Assembly (NCBI GenBank): GCA_964434115.1 | Contig: CAYSSX010000007.1 | Location: 18,734 to 82,733, forward strand | DNA: 64,000 bases | DNA from: an uncultured bacterium | GTDB lineage: Bacteria > Omnitrophota > Omnitrophia > Omnitrophales > Aquincolibacteriaceae | Direction: 5' to 3' | Shown here: positions 30,001 through 45,000 of the stretch, one piece after another | How positions within the stretch are numbered: position 1 is the first letter of the stretch | How the letters are laid out: the number at the start of each line of letters is the position of its first letter | The notes under the pieces: model-generated | Databases searched by the model: none | What the model saw: the letters and a program-made list of their open reading frames with translations, nothing else | Told to the model about the DNA's origin: nothing | Position numbers and translations under genes: made by a program

Positions 30001-33000
30001 TTCAAAGCGGGCTTTATCGGCAGAATGACGTCAGCGAACAGCCGGCCTTGAATTTATTCAAGAGTGAAGACCTCAAAGACTTTGTTTTAAGCACCGATCT
30101 AGCCTTTACCGGAGTGACGGCTGGACCGACCGTCAAGGACCAGTCGGCGGGTCTTGTGTTCCGGAGTGAAGATGACGGCAATTACTATGACATTGTGATT
30201 AACCGCTACGACCGCACGGTGAAATTCCGCCGCATCACGAACGGCGAGGATCCTGTGGTTCTCGCGTCGCAGTCTTTATCCACAGGGGAACGCTCCTTTG
30301 AAGATCCGGGAATTTTCCAGATGCCGGGCATGGGCGGGATGTATCCTGGTTATGAAGGCTCCGGAGGCGGTTATCAATCGTCTCTGAGCGACCGTACATT
30401 CTATAACCTGACGGTGGAAAGCTCCGGGACGTCCTTCCGGGTTTTCGTCAACGGCGAATTCGTGTTCGAAGTGGCGCATTCGATGTATGATTCGGGCCGC
30501 GTCGGTTTGACCAGCCAGGGCGTTCAGGTTCTGTTTGATAATTTCAGCCTCAGCACTTACCGCCGCGCCGAAGACCTGATCAAGAATGAAGCGCTGACCA
30601 ATGACCTTGATCAAAATGGCACCATCGATGCCTTCGACTATGCCATCCTCAGCCAGCTCAAGAATCTGGCGAAGGTGAATCTGACCGGGGGAGCAGAGGT
30701 TAACCTTGAAGACTCCCAGCTTTTGGAAGCCATTTCCCATGCGGATGTTGATCACGATGGTTTTGTGAATGCCAGCGATCTCAACAGAATGGATCTCGAC
30801 AAGAACGGTCTTCTTAATGATAACGACCTCAAGAAGCTGGAAACACTTGTTTACCTCAGCCAGACCATTGTTCAGTTCCCGTATGCGGATGTAAACAAGG
30901 ACAACCGCGTTGACGATCTGGATATGGCGATCATGCGTTCCGCGGTCCAGGGGCAGTACGATGTCAATGGTGACGGCTTCTTCACCCGCCTCGACCGCAG
31001 CCGTATTCAGGACGTGATTGATTGGCAGAGGATCAATTACGGTAACACCATTTGGGACCCTGTCCAGAAAACCGGACTTGCGGATGTTAACGGGGATCAC
31101 CTTATCAACTTCGTGGATACCCAGAACTTTGAATGGGCCCTTGAATTCCATGACCGGAAACAGGGACAGGATTACGTCCTGGATCTAGACCAGAACGGAC
31201 GCGTAAACCGTTCCGACCTTATTCCGCTTGAAGAAATTCTCGATCTGATTGCCCGCGACGAAGTCGCGCTTCCGGCGATGGTTGAGCACGCAGACATCAA
31301 CCGTGATGGGACGACCAACCAAAAGGATGCCGATGACCTGGCCGCGCTTCTTGACCGCATCGCCAATGATCCGACAGGGCTCGTTCTGGCGAGTATCGAT
31401 ATTTCCCGCTATGATCAGAATGGGGACAACAAACTGACTGCCGCGGACCTTACCCGCATGAACAAGATTGTGACGCTGATCCGCAGCAATAAGGTGATCA
31501 CGCAGGCGGATGTCAACCGCTATGATGTCAACGATGACCAGAAACTCGATGCGGAAGACCTGAACATCGCCAAAAAAGTGTTTGATTACTATGTGGATAT
31601 CAACGAAAACGGCACCGTGAATAACAAGGACGCGGACGTGATTCGCGATCTGATCCGTAAACAGGACCTGCAAGTCGACAGCTTCCTTCTCAATCGCGTT
31701 GATTTGAACAAGGACGGAGCCGTGACCTTCCTGGATACCGAACTCTTCGACGTGGCTTGGGGCATGCTTCCGATGGTGGACAAAGACGGGAACGGCTGGA
31801 TGGATCAGGATGAAACCAAGTTTTACTTTAACCTTATTCAAAACTACATTGACCGGGGCATTCGCACGCTCAGCACGTTTACGGGCTTTGACCTCAATAA
31901 CGATCTGTACATTAACATGAAAGATTCCGAGGTTCTGGAAAGCCAGGTGGTAGATAAGCTGAACCAGATCCGCCTTAACCAGAACTACCTTGAGTATGAT
32001 TCGACCAAGTTCATGAGTATTCTCGAGAAGGCCGTGGACGTCGACGGGGATGGAAAACGCACGGAGGCCGACCTCGACCGCATTGCCACGGTTTATGATT
32101 ACCGTGACCTGCTCTCCGGCGGCGTTGATCGCGGGCTTTTTGCCAAGGCGGATATTGACGAGAACTTCAATATTGATGACACGGATATTCAGCTTATGCA
32201 GAAGCGCCTTTCAGAAACCGCCAAATACGACATCACTTTTGACGGTGAAGTGGATGAAAAGGACGTTCAGATTTTCACCGACATAATCAATGCCCAGAAG
32301 AAGGGCGAGACGGTTCACATCCGGGACTATGTGCTTCGTGACCTGAATAAGGACGGACGCGTGACCCAGGCCGACGTTGACCTTGTCTGGGACGCCATCC
32401 GCGGCCACCGCGACTTGTCTATTCCGCGCGACGGTGTTGTGGATTACAGCGGCAGCGGCGATGACATGAGGACACTCAATGACCTCATTATGCTGGATGA
32501 GCGCCTCGGAGAATTCGGCTTCGGCCGTACGGTGGATGAACGGATGCTCGACATCCTTAAACTGGTGGACCTCAATAAGAAAGCCGACCCCACGAATCTT
32601 TTCAGTTTTCTGGACCAGGAAGACATCGATATGCTGGAATTCGCCATCGCCGTCCGGGATAACGAGTTCTACGATATCAACCGCGATGGGGAGTTCACGA
32701 ATTATGACGTGTTTATGGCAAACCAGCTGCTTCGGGAAGTGAATGATCCGCTGAAGCGGATTCTTCAACCGCTTGATTTCGATATGTATGACGTGGACAA
32801 CAACATGCAGATTGACGGCTATGACCGGAAAGCCGTGGAGGACGCGCGCATGAAATTGAAATCCACGAACATTTCAAATCTTATCCGCGAGCGTGACGCC
32901 CTAAACATTGCGAAGCTGCGTGAATACGGATTCTCCTATGACATGGAAACCTTTGAACGCCTGGATATTAACGGTGACGGCAAAATTTCCGGCATGCTGT

Positions 33001-36000
33001 ACGGTTCCGCGGAAGCCCCTGTGCCAACCGACAAGGCGAACATCGGCGTGACCGCCCGCCTGATTGATCCGGAAGAAGAGAAACTCAAGAAATACCGCGA
33101 CGAAAAGAGCGCCGACTACGGCGACTACACCAAACTGAGCGATATCAACGCGTACTACTACCACTGGCTTGAAAATGTGAAGGATCATATCGGCCGCGCG
33201 GATGTTAATGACGATGGCCTGGTCAACCAAACGGATATCGATTATGTCACCAATACGGTTCATGAAATCTCCGGCGGTGAAGAGGTCAGCTTCTTTGACC
33301 GGGCGATTTCCGATATCAATTCGGATGGCGACGCCAACATTCTGGACCGGGACTTGATGGACTTTGTCCTTCAGTGGGCTAGGGACATCAACGGCGACAA
33401 GCTCATCAACCAGAATGATACCGCTATGGCTGAAGACGTCCGTAACCGCGTGCTTCAGGCCAAACGTCTCCGCCAGGACATGGAGAAAATTTACGAGTGT
33501 TCAAACGGTGCCATGACCTGTGGCAGCGAGCTCAAGCAGGGTGGGCTGGACTTCTATAATAATGCACACACTCCGATAGTCAGCACCTGGATTTCCGACC
33601 AGGTGATCCGTGTGACGGCTGAAGACCGTATGTATGTCGTGAAAAAGGTCGGCAGTGTCTATAAATTTGATAACGGCAAAGAAGTCGTGGACAGCAATGG
33701 CAGCGGCACCAGCGTGGTCTTAAACAGCGTCACCTATGACATTGCAGATTCCGGACCAAACCGGATTGTGCTTAAAGTCGGGGCTGATGAAAAATCTGCG
33801 ACCGTTGCGCCGAAAACAGTCCTTGAACTGAACGATATCCTTTTCGAGATCCTTCCCATCGGCAACGGCGCTTACCGTTTCAGGGGCTATGAAAAAGTGG
33901 CGAATACCTGGACGCTTCGCGAATATCCGAGCCTTGCCTCGACAAAAAGCGTGGATATAGATATCAATGGAACCAAAACCGTTTTCGGTGTCGAATTTAT
34001 TCCGGCAACAGAAGAAGTTCGGCTGACCCAGCGTTTCTCTCTGACTGGTGATGACTCCAAGAAGCTGATGAGCCTCATTAATGATTATCTTGGCGGGGGC
34101 ATTACGGTTTCCGGCTACGACGAAGAAGCGATTGTCCGCGCCTTGGAGTATCAGCTCGATTCTAACGGGAATGATGCAGCGGATCCTCAGGACCTCGCGG
34201 CCCTTGAAGGCCTTGTGGATGGTTTCGGTGTGAAGGTGGACCGCCCGGCGCCGTCACAGCCGTCCACCAAGCTGACCCAGGATCCGGAACTCATTGCTAA
34301 AATGAAAGAGGCGTTCTCCTTCACGGACTTCGATGTGAATAGTGATGGATCCCTCAGTCCGCAGGAAGAGGCCGACGCCAAGGCCATGCTGAAAAAGATC
34401 CTCGATTTCTCGCTCGTTCCTCAGGCGGATATGCAGCGCGCGGACATCAACCGGGACGGTATCGTGAACGGTATCGACCTCCGCCTCCTTGAAGAATCCC
34501 GCTCCCGGTATTTTGATGTGAACGGCGATTCCGTCGTGGATGAGACTGACCTTGATTACTTCAAAAAACTCGAGACCTTCCTTTCTTCTGGCATTCGCGA
34601 TGAAGAGCTTGCGCACGCAGACCAGAACAAGGACGGCGATTTCAACGAGGCGGACTTGACCACCTTTGCCAAGCTTCTGAGCGAAATCAACAAGGGTGAC
34701 TATGACGGTGACGGAAAACTGAGCCAGAATGATGTCAATGAAACGGAAGCGGCCATCCGCGCCATCCTTACCGGCTATGCCGAAGACGCGCGTAAAAAAT
34801 CCGGTGCCTATGACCTGAACAAAGACGGCAATGTGAACATGGACGATCATGCGCTGCTTGAAACAGCTCTTAAACAGCATGTGGACATTGACGGTGACGG
34901 GTTTGTGTCTCCGGAGGATATTGAAAGAATCCATGAGATTATTCAGGCCGCCGAGCTCAAGGTGGAAGATCCAGAGCTTGCCAACCAGCTTGCGGACATT
35001 GACCAGAACGGAAAGGTTAACTTCTCTGATATTGATAAACTTCGCCAGGCCCTTACTAACGCAAAAGATATCAATGGCGATAAAATCAAAGATGCCAAAG
35101 ACGTTAAGGCTATTGAGGATTTGATCGGCCTCATCAATTACTTTACCGTCATGATTCAGAAAGATCCGATCCGCAGCCGCCCGGTTTACGACGGGGTGGT
35201 CGAAGTTCAGGGACGCATCGTGTTTGTTAAGAAGAACGATGACGGCACTTACACCCTTTATGATGATCAAGGACTGTTTGCGATTACGGATAATCAGCGG
35301 CTGGCCCGCCTTGGCGGCGTTCTGTACCGTGTGGATTACGAAGAGCTTAACGATGAGTTCAAGCTCACAAAGCTTTCCGCGAGCAGCGTCAAGATTTTTG
35401 ACAGCGTCATCAAGCTGAACGGCATGGACTACAATATCCGCGAAAATTCGGATGACACCTTCCTTCTTGAACGTGAGGACGGAGCGACGTTCCGTTCACA
35501 GCCTTATCTGGATGTTGTTCTGATTGACGGCGAACCTTATCGCGTGTTCCGCAACACGGATACGAAGGAAATCGAAGTCGAAAGGATCAATCTTAAAACC
35601 ATTACGGCTTACGGCCCCGCCCAGCAGTACCTTCTTCTCAACGGGCGTGTCTGGACCGCGAGCCGCCAGGTGGTCAGCGAAAGCCATCCTGTAAATGACC
35701 CGGGATACACCGCGTATTTTGTTTTCTTCGATGGCACCAACAATTACCACAATGTCATTGGGCAGGATACGGTTGAGATTGAAGGAAAGACGTACCTTAT
35801 TGAAGTGGACAAAGTTACGGGTTTTGTCAGCCTCGTGGAAAAACTCACAGGAGACTTCAATAATGACGGTGTTGTGAATACGCAGGACCTGGATTACCTT
35901 GTGACGGCGCAGGCCCAGAACGAGTTCACCAATAAGCTCAAGGCCGCGGATAACGCCCAGCACTATGTCGAAATTGACGGCGTGCGTTACAACGTCAGCG

Positions 36001-39000
36001 TTGGCGCGGACGGCATCATTAAACTCGAAGAACGCAAGGACCGTTCCATCGCGGCGCAGGTCATTGAAGTGAATGGCGCCTTGTACCGTGTGGATTATGA
36101 ATTGATCAAGCCGGAGAATCCGGCTGACGGCTTTGAACGTTACGGATACACCTTCACGCCTTTGATCGTCGGCAAGGACGGCGTGCTTCAGGCGCTGCGT
36201 GAATCCCATGACCAGGCGGCCTCCGGCCTCCGGGTGCATTATGATGAGGCCTCTCTCAAAGGGCAGTCTTATGTCATCATGCCCGATGGCTTGAGTTATC
36301 AGCCGAAATTCGATAACACCGGAAAACTGGAACGTTTTGTCCGCGTGCCTCTCGTCAGTAAGGCCTTCAGCCCCGCGAGCATTCAGCTTGGATGGGAATT
36401 CTATACGATCAACGATACGGCCGGGCAGCCGCTTCACTTTGCCGGGGAGTCCGGCACTTATGACAGTGATGCGGGCCGTACCAAGGTCACGATCAAAGAC
36501 AAAATTTTCACGATTACCAAAGACGGCAGTAACTTTGTGCTGACGGAAGAAATTCACCCGGCCCTTTCCGAAAACTCGAAGGGCCGCATGGTGTGGCTGC
36601 AGGGCAAACTCTTTAACCTCAAGCAGGATTACACCCTCGATGGAAAACGGATCGTCACCGTATCGGATGGCACCCAGAGCTATGCTTCCGCCCCGGGCGC
36701 TGCCACGATCACTGTCAACGGCACAGTCTATCGCATCATTGATGACCCGGCGCCAAGGAACATCGGCGACCCCGTCCGTGATGTCGTGCTGGTCGAAGAT
36801 TCCGGAGATCTTGTAGTCAGCTCCCAGATTTTCCAGACCACTTCTTCGGAAGGATATATCACCTTGAGTGATGACTACAACCCTGCTCGCCAGTATGAAA
36901 TTTTCAAAAACGGTGACGGTACCTATCACTTTGTTTCTACGGATGCTTCACATGGCTTTGTGTTCGACAGCGTCAATGTCACGAAAAACAGCTATGGGTA
37001 CGGCTCCAACAGCCAGGACGCGCCTGAAGGACAGTTTGTTTTCTTTCCGATTCCCAATAGCCAGGAGCAATGGCAGGTTCGTTATAAGATCACTGCGGAT
37101 AGTCTGACCGGAAACCTCACCTTTACCCGGATGACACGGGCGAAAGTGTATCAGGGCTACGGCGGCATGGAAGGCATGGGCGGCGGTGAAGGCGGTGTGA
37201 ATATCCAGACGGATCCTAACCTGACATTCCCGAATAATGACACGATGGCACGGCGAGTCGAGGTCAATGGCCGGGTTTATACGTTTGAACCGACGTATGA
37301 ATGCGGCGGCGGTGAAGAGGGGATGGGCGGCGGGATGTGCGGAAGCAGCGCGCCCTGGTCCGGTTATGACTTCAAAGATGAGCAAGGCACGAAATATCAT
37401 GCCTCTCTCAGCACGGGCAAGGTAACCCTCGCGGACGGGATCTCTTACCGGTTTATTTCTCAGCCTCCCGCGAAAGGCGGCGGTGACAACGTGCTTTTGT
37501 TCACGGACCGGCTGGGTAAAGATGTTGCGAATCCTTTTGCGGTCAGCGACTGGCTCGCCGTGACAGTCGACGGCCAGGCTTATCTTGTGGAACTCCAGCT
37601 GGATTCCGATACTGGCAGCTCTTATCCGAGCGCCCTTGTCAGGAACGGTGTGAGCTATCCGATTGAGCGCGGCACGGGTAAGGTTTCGATCGGCCCCCGT
37701 AATTTTGTGGCCGTCAGCGTTGAAGTCAAGGACGCACCTAGACAATTGACCTTGATTGAGGACAAGGACGGGCTCGCTCTTTACACCCGCCCGCGTCCGC
37801 AAAGCTCTTACAACGCAGACACTACAGACCTTAAGATTGACGGGACGACTTACCGGATCACAAAGAAGAACTTCCTTGGTAAAGAAGTTGTGGCGTTTAC
37901 CAAAATGACGGAAGGCGGCCAGCTGACGAACCTTATATATTATGTTTCACCCGGCTCGAACCAGTTTGTTCTGGCGGGGAAGCTTTATCAGTTCCTTGGG
38001 GATTTGACTGGCGAAGCCAGGGGCGCGGTCATTTTTGAAGTCGCGAAAGCGGGTTCTTTGAGCTCAACGGCTTTGGGTGCGGCCATCAATATGGCAGACC
38101 GCAAACCCGGCTATTATTACCGGGATGAAGCGGCTCAGGCGAGTGTTGTGACGCTGGGCAATCAGAACTACACCTTGATTCCTGCCGACAGTCAGGGAAC
38201 TTTCTATCTGACCGACGGCCAGAATATTTTTGTCAGTGACTTGAGCGGACGGATTGTGGTCGGAAGCTCGGCCTACAGAATCATGAGTTACAAGGTTTCT
38301 GGCGCCGCCCTTAACAATCCGAACCTCCGGCCCGCCTATGACTATACAGCCTTTTATCTGGTTGAAGATTCGACACGGCCAGTCAATTTTGATTTCACCC
38401 TTGTCAAGAACGGCATCCGCCAGATTGATGTTCAGCCAGTCCGTGAATCCCGCGCCCAATTCATGCAGGAAGAGGGCTCTGACAAAGTCCGGCTTTTTGA
38501 CGGCCGCGAATACACGATTGTTTTTGATGAACATACCGGCGCCGTGTCTCTTACCGAGGTTGTTACCGGACAGGTCTCTTCGCCGATTCACAGCGCGGTG
38601 CCATCGTTCCAAATGGTTGAACTTGAAACGGATCTTGTCAATGGTCAGCTCCGCCAGAACCAGCTGATTTCGAGCCTGAAAACGGCGGCGGGAACTTCAG
38701 ATGCCAAGGGCCGCCATTCCTACATCCGCATTTTGGGCGTGAACTATGAAGTGATTGAGACCCCGGATGGTTCTTTTGAATTCCACCTGGACCAGGCGCT
38801 TAACATTGACGCGATTCTTGAGGCCTCAAATATTATTAATCCGGGCGATAAAGAACTGTGGAGAAAAACAGTTCAGACCATGTTGGAGGCCGGCCAGGTC
38901 GTCAAAGTTACGGGCGATGCCGGAGCTGTGCTTCTGGGCGGCATTACCTACCGCATTTCCAAACACCCTGTGACCGGTGATGTGGAACTGATGGGCCGTG

Positions 39001-42000
39001 ACACCCGTCCTCGCGAGGACGAGACCACCCAGAACCAGGGAAGCCAGGGTCTTGGCGACATCATGATGGGCATGCATGGCGATGACGAGATGGGCGGCGG
39101 TCAGGCGCCCGAAGTGGAACGTACGGGCGATCCGCTTCTGAAAGAAACTCGGCTTCTGACGATCCGCAAACGTCCTGACGGGGCCTTTGATATTTATTCC
39201 CCGGCAGACAATCAGGTTTATACCAGTGACAAGACCAACAAAACGGTGGTTCTCGGCAATTACATTAAGTATGACGTTATTGAGGACCCTGTGACCGGCC
39301 GGGTCCACCTTGAAGAGACAACCCGGACCATTTCCGCTCCGCGTATGGATCAGGTCATGGAAGTTTACGGTTCCAACTACGGGGTCGTGAAATCAACGGA
39401 CGGCCAAGGCCGTACGATTTACACGTTCTATGACGGCCTTCACACCTACGTGAGTGATCCGGTCACGAATACCGTCCGGCTCGGGGAGTTTATTAAGGCC
39501 TCCTATGACGATTATATGAAACGTGTGGAGGAGGGAACTCTGGATGAAGTGAAGGGACTCATTTATGACGTCCATGTCGACGCGAATACGGGCCGCATTT
39601 ATCTTACGGATCATAAAGAGACCACGGTCAAGACCCAAATCATTGAAATTGCTGGTTACTATTTCACAGTCAATCGTGACCAGGACAACAATGTCACGCT
39701 CAGCGATTTCGAAACCGCCGAGATGCTGATGACGCTGCCCCCGGATAAAACCAGCTTCCAGTTTGAAGGGGAGACCTACAACATAACCTATGACAGTACC
39801 ACCCAGTGGATTCGTCTTAACGGTCAGTCCGGCAACCGCTCACGCGATGTCCAGATCCTTAAGATCAATGGAAACTACTACCGTGTCACCCCGATGGGGA
39901 CCGATGAGTTCAAGTTCTTCTCCAATAATGAAACTTTCACTTCAAGCGCTCTGACCAAACAGGTCGTGCTTCAGGACGGCAAGACCTACAATGTGACTTC
40001 TGATCCTGTTTCCGGCGCGGTGCGGGCCGAGGAAGTTTATATCGACTCGGTCTCTTATGACGAGCTGTCCCTGATTCTCGGAAACAAACAGTACAACGTT
40101 GAAAAGATTGCGGACCATAAATACCGCTTCACGGATAAATCCGGGGCTGTTGTGGAAAGTGATCCCGTCACTCTCAAAGTCACGCTGAACAGCAAGGAAT
40201 ACGGAGTCATTGAACATCAGGACGGCACGGTGACGGTTGCTGCTCAGGACGATATCAGCAGCGCGACGTACCACAAAGTGATCCAAATTGGCGAAGATGT
40301 TTATGTGGTCCGTCAGACGGTAGACAAACGCTGGACTTTCACGAAGGACGATAAAGTTTATGTTTCCGACAAATCAGGAGAGATGGACCTGCAGGGTATT
40401 TTCTTCCGCGTCACCTACAATGAAACGACGCAGCAGGTGCGCGTGGCGGAGCGTGACCACCGCATTAGCTCCGCGGTGTCCATGCTTGAGATCCAGGAGC
40501 CTCAGGCGAAGCGTCGTATCAGCTTTGCCGGGAAGACTTATGAAATTAATTTTGACGTCGTGGACATTGTCGACAAGGAAACCTTAAGTGAAACCGTCCA
40601 CCGCCAGCGGCCCTTGTTTACGTTTGAAAACACGATCGACGGCACAAGCTATGAAAACCGCACCTATAAGTTCGGAGGCTCGGTCACGGCCTGTTATGAA
40701 AAACCGCCGAATTGCGACCGTTATGACATTGTCAGCACAGACCGCAATCAGTACACCATTGATCTTCCGGAAGTCACGCTGAAGCTTGAAAACTATCCTC
40801 GTGTATTCGCTTACGGCGTTCAGATTGATAACCGCCTGTTTTACGTGAAGGAATTCGGCACTCTGAGCCATCAGTTTTATTCCGAGAATGAAACTTATGA
40901 CTCCTACACCGTCACGACGCCGGGTGAAAACCCTGAAGATCCGCCCATTATTGAAGAGTTTGTCGAACTTCCCGACGGCCACGGCGGCATTGTAAAGTTC
41001 AAGATCGATTACGACAGATACTATAACCACGATGCAGCGCCCGCGGACTACTTCGGCGACCACCTGACCATGAATGTCATGGAAAAGGGAATGGCGGACA
41101 ACGTCCAGGTCAAGCCGAAGATTGAAGTCAACGTCGAAACCTTCCAGACATCGCGCTATTACTTCGCCGAGAAAGACGAAGTTTCCGGTGATTGGGCCGT
41201 GCGTGACCGGGACACGGGGAACGTTTACGATGTGTTTCAACAGGTCGAAGTTGATGATGAAACGTACCGCGTTTCACGCGACCCCTTCACGGGAGAGGTT
41301 TCCCTGACGGAGCAGCATGTGGTCAGCACGCGGGTTCCGGGGCGTTTGTCGGTTCGGGTGGGAGCCGACGCTGCCGGTTACAGCTACGATCTCCGTGCCG
41401 ACGGCCGCTTTGAGTTCAATGACGGCATCCAGACATTCTACAGCACCCGCGAAAACGGGAAGGTCAGCGTTAAGCTCGCCGATGGAAAGAATTATTTCAT
41501 CACCTATAACTCGGAAACCAAAGAACTGATTCTCAGCGAACAGTTTTCATTATCTTCCCCGGCCGGGACAGCCAAACTTAACCTGAAAGGAAAAGTTTAC
41601 AACTATACGTTAAATGCGGACGGAACCGTGACGTTGACCCGCGATCTTTTGACTTATCGCAGCCAGGGCACTATGGAATTGATTACGTCGCTCAAACACC
41701 CGGTTCAACGTCCTCTGACCCAGGAAGAAATTGACGAAAGCATGGGCGGAACAGGCGGCACAGGCGGTACGGTGGGCGGCGGCTCCGGCGAAATTGGCGG
41801 AGGCGGTACCTTGGGCGGCGGTCATGGCGGCGAAGGTGAAGGCGGTGAGGGCGGCATGGGAGGCCTCGGTGGTCTCGGCGGAACCGGCGGTACGGGCGGT
41901 ACGGGCGGAACAGGCGGTTCGATGGGCGGAGGCGGCACTTTGGGTGGTCATATGGGCGAAGGGGGAATGGTGGTCGGTGCCCTTGGACCCGTGAAGTGGG

Positions 42001-45000
42001 AATACTCGGGTGCTGTTGTTACAAAGCCGTATGATGTGTCTTTCAATCCATTGACCGGTGAAATCAGCGTTCAGGAGCGTCAGGTTCCCGTGTCTCCGAT
42101 TGACTATACGCGGATCATGGGCATTTCCCAGAAACTGGCCCCGCTTTCAGCGGACTTTAAAACGTATCTCGACAGCCAGAACCTTTATCAGACAGAGGAC
42201 TTAACCGCGGATTCTCCTCAGCGCCGCCTTTATTCGGAATATATCCACAATCCGGCGAACGGATATTCCTCGCAGTTTATCAAAGATTTTGACACGTTTG
42301 TTTTCACGTACACCCAGTACCCATATCCTTGGGAATCCTCACTGGAAACGTCCTACAACTATACGAGCGGAATTCCCGGGTCGATTTCAGGCGGCGCCGG
42401 TGGATCTACTCCGAACGGTCTCCTTTCCGGCAATACCAGCATGGAAGGCGCCTACGATATTCTCTTTGACAGCCCGAACGGCAATATGTCGACCCGCGGC
42501 AATCTGCAGTATATGGCCATGCAGCAGCTTCAGCTTTATCAGGATGAACGCCAGATTTTCCATCCTTGGGTTCTTGGCGTGCACCGCGTTCTGGAACCGA
42601 AATACAACAATGACGCTGCCGTGACTCTGGACAGCGGTCCTTTTATTCTTTTTGCCGGAGACGCCAACAATAACTACCGTAACCAGGGCGTAACGGTAAA
42701 TGGTTTTGCTTACAACATCACCTTTGACGCGGCGACCAAAACCCCGACGCTCACGGAAGTGAACGAGTATATGCTGGCACGCGAAGACCAGGCCCTGATT
42801 CTTGAATATCATATGAAAGACGCCGGCAATAGCGAGACCGGAGTGGAGTACAACCTTTTTGACGGAACCTTTACGAACATGGGGCTCTTCAAGGGTTCTA
42901 TCCAGCAGCGTAAGGCCCTCGGTACCCAGCACGATTACGCGAATCCCGCGAACGAGTGGAAAACGGTCACGCTGAAGCAGATCCGTGAAGACGGTCTCTT
43001 TAATTACAGCCCAGCCAACAAGACTTTTGTGGTTCAGGGCAAGACCTACCGGATTTTTGAGAATCCGCTGACCCATGAATTTCTGATTGCGGCGCAAGAA
43101 ACGCCGCCGGCGATTGAAATTCTGCAGACTGTGGAGATCAACGATCATTTGTATCAGATCAAAAAAGGAACCGGCGACCGGGTCATTTTTGTGGATGAAG
43201 CAGGTGAAGAGACCATGAGCGACCTGGACGGCAAGACCGTTCAATTTGAAGACAGCGGTTTGACCTTTGATATTTCCCGTAACATCCTGACCGGCCAGTG
43301 GACGATCAGTGAAACCATACAGCAAAGCCATTTTGGAATCGGCGCTGTGGTGGACGGCTGGACCGATTTTATTCAGGCCGGGCACCGGACAAGCCGCATT
43401 AGTTTCCATCCCGTGAATAACCTCGGGGATACACGCACTTTTGACATTCCTGATTATGTCGGCGGCGTGACCTTCATTAATAGTGCTGTTGTCGAAGGGG
43501 CCCTTGGAAATATCTATGATCTGTTTGTCTTTAAGACCGCCTTTGACCAGCTTTGGTTTACCGACGGCCGCGGCGGAGTCACGGTCAAGCCCGATCAGAT
43601 GAACCAGATCGTCTTGGACGGCCAGCGCTATAACGTTCTTTACAACAAAGTCGACAACACGGTCATGCTTGAAAAATACCGTATGGAAATGCCGTCCTTC
43701 TCAAGCATCAAGAGCCAGGGGCATTTCTACACGGTCAACGATAAGGCTGGAAGCTATACCGAAGTCATTGGCGCCGGAAACCGTAAGATCACATGGGTTC
43801 AGATTTCCTGCAATGAAGAACGCTGCACGGATGTGGACACAACGCCGTCCTATCTTCCGATTGAAACCTTGAGCAATCCTTTCCGTAACAGTGTTGTTCT
43901 GGATGACGGCATTGACCGCGATTTGATTATTGACCCCAGAAACCCGAAGAATGTGGACTTGGCGCCGGACAACATTCAAAGTTTTGATCTTCCGGATCTC
44001 AAGCTCAAGGATCGCTATTTCCAGGTCCTCAAGAATGCCGACGGTAGCTATACCTTCCGTGAAACCTATGTGCCGAAGTCTGAGCGCTATACCAGCGACA
44101 AAACCACCGGCGAGGTCAACATCGACAACGTCGTCTATAAGTTGACCGTCGATGCAGTGAGCGGGAAGGTCACGCTTGACCGCAAAGACCCGGTGGTCAG
44201 CACTCACGTCAACGGCCAGTTCCTGGTCGTTCAGGATGCCGTCTATGAAGTCGTGGACAACGGCGACAGCACTTACACTTTTGCCAACATGCAGGTGATC
44301 GGCCTGACCTTCCGCAGCGAGCCGCTGACTCAGGTCCCGACAGTCAAAATCAATGAACGCATCTATACGATTCTCAAGGACGCAGCGGGGAAGATTTCCC
44401 TGCAGGAACAATTTATCGAGCATTCTGTCGAGAATGATTCCCTTATCATGGATGATGTTTTCTACCGGGTCTATGCCATCAAGGATAAGCAGGGAAAAAT
44501 CCGCGCCTGGTTCTCTGATGGGCGTGACGCGTATCTTTCAGAGCCCTTGATTCCTCTCGACTCCGTGAGCGGCCAGCAGAAATTTTACCGCGCCCGCGTC
44601 ACAATCAAGGGTGAAGCGTTCTTTGTGGACATTGACATTGAAGATATGAATGCCACGACCGAAGTCACAGAATACCTCGCGGCCAAAACCAAGGACGATG
44701 CCGGAGAAGAATTTGTGGACCCCATTTTTGGAGGAGGGATTTTTGACTGGGGATTCCTGGGAGGCCTTGGCAGCGGCGGGGGCTTGGGCGGCGATGGTGA
44801 AGATGGCGGTGACTATGGGGACCTTGGCGGTTTGGGAGGCCTTGGCGGTGACGGGGGCCTCGGCGGTATGGGCGGCCTTGGCGGTTCTGGCGGTGAAGGC
44901 GGTCTCGGAGGTATGGGAGGCATGGGCGGTCTTGGCGGCATGGGAGGCGGCGATTTGGGCGGTCTCTTTGGCGGCAGCGGCGGCGATTTCGGCGGCCTTG

